In this document: positions 41,832 to 48,061 of the stretch, in pieces
How positions within the stretch are numbered: position 1 is the first letter of the stretch
How the letters are laid out: every line of letters starts with the position of its first letter
IMG/VR virus record: IMGVR_UViG_3300010392_000224
Source of the DNA: a virus
Direction: 5' to 3' (one strand)
DNA length: 48,061 nucleotides
Position numbers and translations under genes: made by a program
The notes under the pieces: generated by a model
What the model was told of the DNA's origin: nothing
Seen by the model: the letters and a program-made list of their open reading frames with translations, nothing else
Database searches by the model: none

Positions 41832-43944
41832 TAAGGGTACAGGCACTAGCGGTGCGCTGACACAGCACAAGATACCACGACATGTTCACCAAGATGTAGA
41901 CATTCAAGGTATAGATGCTGGTGCTACTAACAACCAGATATATAGCCAATCAACTGAGCCTACTGGTGGAAGTGATGGTGACTTGTGGTGGGATACAGTC
42001 AATCGTGTTATGTATAAGCATAATGGTACTGATTGGACTACCCTAATGTCTGCGTCTGGTGTGCATGATAACGCCACTACTACATATACACAGTCTACTG
42101 CACCAGTATCCGCCACGGCAAACGACGTATGGATAGATACTGATGACAATCAGATGTACTACTATAATGGAAGCTCGTGGGTCAGTGCACAAGATGCTGA
42201 TATATCAACTGCAATCGCAGCTGCTGCCACCGCGCAGGCTACTGCTGATGGTAAGGTCACCACGTTTTATCAAGCGTCCGCACCTACCGCAGAGGGAGAG
42301 GGAGATCTGTGGGTAGATACCGATGACGGCAATAAACTATACCGTTGGAATGGATCAAGCTGGGTAGCAGTACAGGATGCTGATATAGCGCAGGCATTGA
42401 GTGATGCTGCTACTGCTCAATCAACAGCAGACGGTAAGATAGTTAGCTTCTACCAAACATCATCTCCTACTGCTGAGGGCGTGGGGGATCTGTGGTTTGA
42501 CACGGATGACAATGATAAGCCATATCGGTGGAACGGCAGTACGTGGGTAGCTATGCCACAGGATTATGCAGACTGGCCCAACGTGTCAGGTACTGGCAAA
42601 CCTGCTGACAACGCAGATGTAACTACACCTATGAAGATAGCGTGCAAAATAAATTACACTGCATTCTCTACACCTAATGCAGGGGAGATATTCTTTCATG
42701 GGTTTGACTCGTCTGGGGCTGCTGCTAACGTTGATCCTGTTGTATCTGTTGACGGTGTCTCTACAACACTTACTAGAGATTATACTAACCCTAACATAGC
42801 ATGTGATGTAGCCTATATAGTGTACGACACTAGTTGGGCATACACGCACGACTATGTACTTATGCGCAAGGTCGGTGGTGTGTGGACATACTTCGACAAT
42901 AGCGTTAGTGGTACGCATACGGTAGTAGGTACTGAAATAGTTATTGGTGTTGCCGACCAATCTGGTACAGAGACCGTGGCTAGTGCTGTTGTGTGGGGGT
43001 ATGGCGCTAGGATGGGTGATGTGCCTGATATTGGTGCAGACTCAACACAAGGTGCTCTTGAGAATGGCACCGATATGACTAGTGGTTACTTGTGGCTTAA
43101 AGGTGCAGGTGCTAAGATAAACGTCGGTGCTAGTCAGACATACCAGTCACAGGGAATACAACTTGAGTACAACTCTGGTACGCCTAGAATGTACATAGGT
43201 GATGGTAGTCAGAAGTTCATGGAGTTTGATGGGACTAACTACACTGTAGGAAGAGACGTAGTAGTCAGGAACACACTGAGCTGGAACAACGATAAGTTGT
43301 TTATGTACTCCGACTATACTAGGGGAGACATATCTACATCTGGTGCAGGGACATCTAATACGTATGCTGACAGGATAGAATTACTTGGCACTGGATCTGC
43401 TGTAGCTAACTCTGTCATACACATGACGACAAAATCTGCCAGTGTTTTGGTTTATGCTAACGAGTGGGAAATTGAAAGTATGAACTGGAGGGGAAAGCAG
43501 GCATTTGCTTTCAGAGCAAACAGCGGAGGTAGTACTACTGATTATTACTATGTTGGCTTCGGTTATGTAGATGTATCTGGGGCAGGTCATGCTAACAACG
43601 AGTTTGCTGGCATTGAAATTAGACGACTTACTTCTGGTACTCGTGCTAGGTGTGTTGTTATGAATGGTGCTACTACTACATATGGTGCCACCGACTACAC
43701 TCTTGGTGACAGTACGAGTTATAGGTACTATATTGTTAGGGTGGAGCACGACACAGCATCATCATATGATATATACCTCGACGTTTATAATGGATCACCA
43801 GTGTTTAACAACACAGTATCAGCAGGGCTACCTACAGGTGTAACTGCCGCCTACGCTAGCAGTGCCATAGATATTAACTCAACTGGAGAACCTTCTGCTA
43901 ACCGTGTGCTATACGCCATAGACTTTATGTTAGAAGAGTTGTAA
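41815..43944 (+). CDS. Tail fibre protein with four N-terminal tandem repeats
   Basis: 709 aa with a GTG start. Repeat units have the form Y.QS..P......GD(L/V)W.DTD....Y..NGS.W........DI.......AQ.TADGK. It is the last gene of the rightward arm. Confidence 0.75.
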   Translation: MARKTSKGTGTSGALTQHKIPRHVHQDVDIQGIDAGATNNQIYSQSTEPTGGSDGDLWWDTVNRVMYKHNGTDWTTLMSASGVHDNATTTYTQSTAPVSATANDVWIDTDDNQMYYYNGSSWVSAQDADISTAIAAAATAQATADGKVTTFYQASAPTAEGEGDLWVDTDDGNKLYRWNGSSWVAVQDADIAQALSDAATAQSTADGKIVSFYQTSSPTAEGVGDLWFDTDDNDKPYRWNGSTWVAMPQDYADWPNVSGTGKPADNADVTTPMKIACKINYTAFSTPNAGEIFFHGFDSSGAAANVDPVVSVDGVSTTLTRDYTNPNIACDVAYIVYDTSWAYTHDYVLMRKVGGVWTYFDNSVSGTHTVVGTEIVIGVADQSGTETVASAVVWGYGARMGDVPDIGADSTQGALENGTDMTSGYLWLKGAGAKINVGASQTYQSQGIQLEYNSGTPRMYIGDGSQKFMEFDGTNYTVGRDVVVRNTLSWNNDKLFMYSDYTRGDISTSGAGTSNTYADRIELLGTGSAVANSVIHMTTKSASVLVYANEWEIESMNWRGKQAFAFRANSGGSTTDYYYVGFGYVDVSGAGHANNEFAGIEIRRLTSGTRARCVVMNGATTTYGATDYTLGDSTSYRYYIVRVEHDTASSYDIYLDVYNGSPVFNNTVSAGLPTGVTAAYASSAIDINSTGEPSANRVLYAIDFMLEEL
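41941..42552 (+). repeat. Intragenic tandem repeats (4 units of about 48-61 aa) in the tail fibre gene
   Basis: Units start at residues Y43, Y91, Y152 and Y213. The last two units are nearly identical in pattern (FYQ.S.PTAEG.GDLW.DTDD..K.YRWNGS.WVA). Confidence 0.8.
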
Positions 43945-43950
43945 TAGATA

Positions 43951-43977
43951 AGGGGCACATAGCCCCCTTTTTTATAT
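43951..43977. terminator. Hairpin terminator between the convergent arms
   Basis: GGGGC (43952-43956) / GCCCC (43962-43966) with an ACATA loop, then C plus six T on the plus strand. The RNR stop codon lies in the T-run, and TTATCTATT follows on the minus strand. Confidence 0.75.
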
Positions 43978-45897
43978 CTCACATATACCTGCTACACAGG
44001 CCAGTTCTTGCGTTCCAGTTGTGTTATCCTCCTTCTCAAACTCTTCAAGATCTCTCCAATCAAGCTGTGGGAAAGTGTTAACCATCTCCTTATATTGATC
44101 TTCTGTTATCTCTTCATATGGTGGCTGTGCGTATACATGGTCTGAATACGGTAGGAAACTAACGCCACTAACATCATCAAAGTTCTTATATAACCATGCC
44201 CCTATAGCTAGGAACTCATCATCTCTATAGTACACAGTGATTGATGGCTTATGTTCACACCAATGTTTTTGATAGATACTCCATAACTTTAACTGATTCA
44301 TGGCACCTACGTTACTAGAGAATACAGTACTTGCTGGTGCCTCAACAGGGAACGAGAATACATATGATGCTGGGTTGGTTACGTCAATCTCACATGGTAC
44401 TCCTACTGCACGAAGATAGTCGCTTAAGGGATCAGTAACACTATTTCTAGCTCTCCTGATATAGTACTGTGCGTGTCTTGGGTGTATACCACTAGAACTA
44501 TTTACTAATTGGCTTACTGTACCACTAGGTTTAACGCAAGTAATTGCTGTTGCTTGGTTAATACCTAATCGTTCACTCCATTCTATGTTGGTTTCAATAG
44601 CCTCTATACGAAGAATATCTAACACATCACTTAATAGGACGGTACCTGTTAACTTGTCCTGTAGCTCAGGAGCGAACCATGCTCCGGGCTCAGTAACTGA
44701 TCCACTAAGTACTGGATGATCCATTATACCAGTAAGACTTACACCTAGCAGTGCCTCTTCCTCTGTGTTACGCTTCCAGATAGGACGTAGATATTTAAAA
44801 TCTGTTAAGGTTGCTTGTAAGGTTCCGAGTATACTTGCAATTCGAACTTTGTCTCTGAGAGTTTCAAGTGTATCTTCTGGTCGAACAACAACTTCGGAGA
44901 GGTTGCAGAATTGGTATGGTCTAAGTATAATTTCGGAGCATGGATTTGTTCCAAAATCATAGCTAGTATCCCTTCTGCTATTTCGTCCAGCTTGTCGTTG
45001 CGAGGCAACTCGACTGAATATACCGCGTTCCCCTGATTTTGATTCATATAAACTGCTCCATTCTTTTAGAAAAGATTCTAGGTCTGGCTTCTCTGTATAG
45101 CAAACAGAGTTATTGGCCAGAGCACGTTGAGGATTAGTATCCCACCACTGGCCAGACTTAGCCCGACGCATCCTGTCATCAGTAAGATTAGACAGACTAA
45201 TAAGGGCAGACCTACGCACACCACCAACCACGACAACATCGCCAATCTTGCACGCGATGTCGTGGCACTCTTCGCTGTTGAGTCGTCTTCCTGCTGCATT
45301 AGTAAATCTCTGTACTACAAAGTGAAACAACTCGTTTAGTGGATCTGGTCCACTGCTCCTGCCACCTGTAGTTTTTAAGCGGGCACCCTTTGGGCGCAAT
45401 CTTGTGAGATCCCACTTGGGAATAGTTCCTCCATATAAAAGAGATATGAGCTGACGTAGACTAGACGCCCACCCTTTCCTACTATCTGGTACAACTATGG
45501 TACTATCTGAGTGGTGTAACTCCTCCGGTATTGTAGGTAGTTGATTTATATACTGTCTCTCGACAGAGAACCCTACACCAGTACCGCACATTAGAATGTA
45601 CATCATCTCGTCAAATGCACGTGGATGATCTATGGGTAGGTAGCTACAATTGAACCCAGCTACATTGTCACGTGCTAGTGCGGGCCCGGCTGACATCATA
45701 GCACGCATTGAGGGCATTACTTCAAGCTTAAGTATGCTGCAATATAGATCGTCAACCACTCTATCATCAAGATTGCAACTAACCCTAAAGTAATCAATGT
45801 ATCTTTTAACTGTCTCTTCCCACGTTTCGCGTCTATTCTCATCTTCTAACCATCTAGCGTATCGTGATTTGTGTATATATGATTGGTATTGGTCCAA
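43972..45897 (-). CDS. nrdJ: Class II (adenosylcobalamin-dependent) ribonucleotide reductase
   Basis: 641 aa. The N-terminus reads SRYARWLEDENRRETWEETVKRYIDYF, with the thiyl-radical loop TNPCSEI and a C-terminal Cys pair (CVAGIC). Confidence 0.9.
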   Translation of the reverse strand: MDQYQSYIHKSRYARWLEDENRRETWEETVKRYIDYFRVSCNLDDRVVDDLYCSILKLEVMPSMRAMMSAGPALARDNVAGFNCSYLPIDHPRAFDEMMYILMCGTGVGFSVERQYINQLPTIPEELHHSDSTIVVPDSRKGWASSLRQLISLLYGGTIPKWDLTRLRPKGARLKTTGGRSSGPDPLNELFHFVVQRFTNAAGRRLNSEECHDIACKIGDVVVVGGVRRSALISLSNLTDDRMRRAKSGQWWDTNPQRALANNSVCYTEKPDLESFLKEWSSLYESKSGERGIFSRVASQRQAGRNSRRDTSYDFGTNPCSEIILRPYQFCNLSEVVVRPEDTLETLRDKVRIASILGTLQATLTDFKYLRPIWKRNTEEEALLGVSLTGIMDHPVLSGSVTEPGAWFAPELQDKLTGTVLLSDVLDILRIEAIETNIEWSERLGINQATAITCVKPSGTVSQLVNSSSGIHPRHAQYYIRRARNSVTDPLSDYLRAVGVPCEIDVTNPASYVFSFPVEAPASTVFSSNVGAMNQLKLWSIYQKHWCEHKPSITVYYRDDEFLAIGAWLYKNFDDVSGVSFLPYSDHVYAQPPYEEITEDQYKEMVNTFPQLDWRDLEEFEKEDNTTGTQELACVAGICEI

Positions 45898-45909
45898 TAA
45901 CCTTACTCC

Positions 45910-46266
45910 TTAAAAGTCTAATTGTATATTTAAATGAATAGCGTTGCCCATTAAGTTTAAACGTAACACACCTAGCTGTCCGTAGACAACTGGTACAAAT
46001 GGTATTGGTACAGGTAGCTGTTCAGGCTCGTATCCTGTAACCACAGATGGTTGTACACCAAATGCCAGAGAGTTTCTTCTCCAAAGCTCATAGTCATATC
46101 CTATCATGAAGCTACGATTGTAGTAGCTATTCTCGAATGTAGCCACAGCTATATGGTTGCATTGCACACCGACCAACTTATTGTTCTCGTTGTATCCATC
46201 CCACGCAGGAATGTGTGTGGTATACAACCCTATAGCCAGAGCCACCGTACTACACAGAGTGCTCAT
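45910..46266 (-). CDS. Small beta-rich protein with N-terminal hydrophobic segment and OMP-like C-terminal beta-signal
   Basis: 118 aa. It begins MSTLCSTVALAIGLY and ends with alternating hydrophobics and a terminal Phe (IHLNIQLDF). Confidence 0.45.
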   Translation of the reverse strand: MSTLCSTVALAIGLYTTHIPAWDGYNENNKLVGVQCNHIAVATFENSYYNRSFMIGYDYELWRRNSLAFGVQPSVVTGYEPEQLPVPIPFVPVVYGQLGVLRLNLMGNAIHLNIQLDF

Positions 46267-46508
46267 ACACTAACGTTTGGGTCCGAGGGAGTAGTGTGCT
46301 CCCATATCTTAACTTTCTTTCCTGTGTCCGTCTCGTACACGTTAGTACACATGTAGTCATACTCCTTATCACCGTGCTTGTACTGGAAAGACAGGGCATC
46401 TGTTACCTCATGGAACTGCTTGCGGTAGTTATGATCAACTACCTTATTCGTACTACGATTCCACTTAATGTATGTTGCAGTATATGGCATCATATTACTA
46501 TGTCCCAT
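46263..46508 (-). CDS. Hypothetical protein (81 aa)
   Basis: ATGA-type overlap with the downstream gene. No motif. Confidence 0.6.
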   Translation of the reverse strand: MGHSNMMPYTATYIKWNRSTNKVVDHNYRKQFHEVTDALSFQYKHGDKEYDYMCTNVYETDTGKKVKIWEHTTPSDPNVSV

Positions 46509-46717
46509 CTCGTGACAAAGTTAGCACCAAAACCAAGCCAACCAATCGCCACATAATCTACCCGAATTGTTTTCACGTCAGCATCAGTAAAGTTTTCTAC
46601 CTCCTGTGCTTTTAAATAGCGTGCGAGTAGGACTTCTGGCATGTTGTCAGGTTTAAAGTACTTGTGTGTAAGCCACAGCCGAGGCAGTATAGTACCAAAT
46701 ATACTCACTGTTCCCAC
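46490..46717 (-). CDS. Hypothetical protein (75 aa)
   Basis: Overlaps both neighbours by 13-19 nt. No motif. Confidence 0.55.
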   Translation of the reverse strand: MGTVSIFGTILPRLWLTHKYFKPDNMPEVLLARYLKAQEVENFTDADVKTIRVDYVAIGWLGFGANFVTRWDIVI

Positions 46718-46914
46718 TCCTCATGATCAGCCATAACCATTATTGGTTCGACAGACGCGTAATGATTGGACTTGTTAACAATGTCCTCCACCATACCGAT
46801 GGCTTCGTCTTTGTCATCCTTGGTAGCGAGTGTGGTCCACTCCTCTTCATCTGTACGAGCGTACTGTACTTCAAATTTACCACGTTGATACGATGGTATT
46901 ACTCGATAGATCAT
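46705..46914 (-). CDS. Hypothetical acidic protein (69 aa)
   Basis: ATGA-type overlap with the phosphatase stop. Confidence 0.6.
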   Translation of the reverse strand: MIYRVIPSYQRGKFEVQYARTDEEEWTTLATKDDKDEAIGMVEDIVNKSNHYASVEPIMVMADHEEWEQ

Positions 46915-47690
46915 AGATAGTTCCTCAATAAAAAGTCAAGAGAGACGAAGCACGGGTCATACTGACCATCATGTACTTCGTTCTTAACAACGATACCACG
47001 CCAGTGCTCTCGGTTACCCTGAGCCTGCATGAATCCCTCATCGTGCATGTAGAATGAGCCACACTGCAATCCGTGTATGCGCTTGTACATACCTGTGTAC
47101 GCCACGCCATACTGGAACATCTGATTGTGTCCCTGACTAAAGCTGGCTTTGAAGTTGTTGAGCTTGGTTTGAATCATACCACCCATTGGTGCTGACATAG
47201 GGCTGTTGGGATTCTTGTGATAGTGACAATAGGAGATATTGTCGATGATTACTGGCTTAAGAAATTGGTGTACTTCCCAGCCGTAGTTCTCATAGTCGAG
47301 ATCATCAATAGATATTCGACCCTCAAGCTTGACTGGATCTTTCTCGATTGCTCTGGTGATGCGGTCCTCGTGATTACCGAGAGTTAAGACCATTCGTGGC
47401 TTGTATTTCTTTTTCTTGTTGCGCGCTGCGTGCTTGTTATGAGCGTACAGTGGATTAAGTAGCCGTTGCATAGCCTCGTGTGTAGCATTAACATCATCGT
47501 GGTAACGACGATTCTCCATGCTCTTTGAGCCCGGCGCGTCATATGAAGACAGGCTTGGCATATCAGCGAAGTCGCCGATGTTGATGATAACGTCAGGCTT
47601 CTTCTCTACGATGTAGTTGCCTAGCGCCTCAAGGTGATCAGTCGGTACTCCCGGACGTACTTGGCAGTCTGGTATAAACAGATGTCTCAT
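46911..47690 (-). CDS. Calcineurin-like metallophosphoesterase
   Basis: Motifs are FIPDCQV, INIGDFAD and LGNHEDR (the D..H / GD / GNHE pattern). A GGGGAG RBS is present. Confidence 0.85.
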   Translation of the reverse strand: MRHLFIPDCQVRPGVPTDHLEALGNYIVEKKPDVIINIGDFADMPSLSSYDAPGSKSMENRRYHDDVNATHEAMQRLLNPLYAHNKHAARNKKKKYKPRMVLTLGNHEDRITRAIEKDPVKLEGRISIDDLDYENYGWEVHQFLKPVIIDNISYCHYHKNPNSPMSAPMGGMIQTKLNNFKASFSQGHNQMFQYGVAYTGMYKRIHGLQCGSFYMHDEGFMQAQGNREHWRGIVVKNEVHDGQYDPCFVSLDFLLRNYL

Positions 47691-47693
47691 TCA

Positions 47694-47825
47694 TTACTCC
47701 CCATCTAGTAACCTCTCTAGTATTGTAATTGCGGTCTGTACCTCATGATCACAATCATATTCTTCTTGCTTAGCACGTAGTGCAGATAAGATTAATTCTA
47801 CCTCGCTATCAGTCAGGTAATGCAT
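47694..47825 (-). CDS. 43-aa acidic ORF (not in ORF track)
   Basis: Hand translation gives MHYLTDSEVELILSALRAKQEEYDCDHEVQTAITILERLLDGE. It fills the gap before the phosphatase gene and overlaps the upstream ORF end by 17 nt. Confidence 0.4.
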   Translation of the reverse strand: MHYLTDSEVELILSALRAKQEEYDCDHEVQTAITILERLLDGE

Positions 47826-48060
47826 CTTCCTCCTCCTCGGGTGGAATGTAATCATCGCACCCCTCTCTCATAAATTCAAATCGTACCTTTACTCCCTTCG
47901 CCTCCAGTCTATACATGTCGCCAACACCACACTTCTTTGGGCACTTATAGTTACTGCAAGGAGAAAAGCAGAATGTAGCTACGTTGTTACCATGCCGCGA
48001 CAACCGGTCCAGTTGTCCAGCGCACGGTGAACTCATCTTCTGCCGGAGCTTCCGCAACAA
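47809..48060 (-). CDS. Cys-rich small protein, 5' end crosses the window junction
   Basis: It contains CFSPCSNYKCPKKC and an acidic tail (PPEEEEDALPD). The frame stays open across the junction to an ATG equivalent to window positions 133-135 (MTTLRKLRQKMSS...). It overlaps the 3' end of the 53..322 ORF in another frame, so the true start may be an internal Met. Confidence 0.45.
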   Translation of the reverse strand: MLRKLRQKMSSPCAGQLDRLSRHGNNVATFCFSPCSNYKCPKKCGVGDMYRLEAKGVKVRFEFMREGCDDYIPPEEEEDALPD

Positions 48061-48061
48061 A
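47935..48061. repeat. Terminal overlap, copy 2 (identical to 1-127)
   Basis: Base-by-base comparison shows no mismatch. Confidence 0.97.

Noticed and set aside
1-48061. Search for tRNA, rRNA, CRISPR arrays, integrase/repressor, transposase, reverse transcriptase and phage RNA polymerase.
   Set aside because: I saw no T-loop/cloverleaf candidates, no regularly spaced direct repeats with spacers, no Tyr/Ser recombinase or RT motifs and no single-subunit RNAP-sized ORF. A by-eye scan can miss tRNAs, so tRNAscan or Infernal should confirm.

Overview
This window appears to be a complete tailed-phage genome with podovirus-like, T7-order structural synteny. Bases 1-127 are repeated exactly at 47935-48061, so the non-redundant length is 47,934 bp and ORFs at the two window edges are really contiguous. 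Two divergent gene arms leave a 1.56-kb ORF-poor control region (19732-21294) and converge on a hairpin terminator near 43.95 kb. The leftward arm is on the minus strand (19731 down to 1, continuing through the junction to 43972). It carries many tiny translationally coupled early ORFs, a four-copy tandem paralog family, and a SleB-type endolysin with paralogous membrane proteins. It also carries a dense cluster of non-ribosomal amide-bond enzymes: GGCT-like, ATP-grasp, Ntn glutamine amidotransferase, amidoligase and a phiEco32-type COOH-NH2 ligase. These are followed by a T7-like replication module (Zn-finger/TOPRIM primase, DnaB-like helicase, family A DNA polymerase, SSB-like protein, FEN-type 5'-3' exonuclease, endonuclease I-like resolvase), a metallophosphatase and a class II ribonucleotide reductase. 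The rightward arm encodes a beta-helix tailspike-like protein, a lectin-fold fibre-like protein, small and large terminase, portal, scaffold and major capsid. It continues with tail tube/nozzle-like and large internal virion proteins, an overlapping membrane-protein pair and a repeat-containing tail fibre. I recognised no tRNA, rRNA, CRISPR array, integrase/repressor module or phage RNA polymerase. The most unusual content is: (1) the ligase cluster; (2) a 59-nt perfect direct repeat that gives two of its proteins an identical 20-aa C-terminal helix; (3) the control region, with phased GCTATCAG repeats and a promoter-plus-immediate-terminator leader in front of the late genes; and (4) the tandem paralog arrays. 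All functional calls come from motif recognition by eye and from gene order. No database search or RNA folding was run. The ORF track evidently uses ATG/GTG/TTG starts and omits ORFs under 60 aa, so I added several small ORFs by hand translation.
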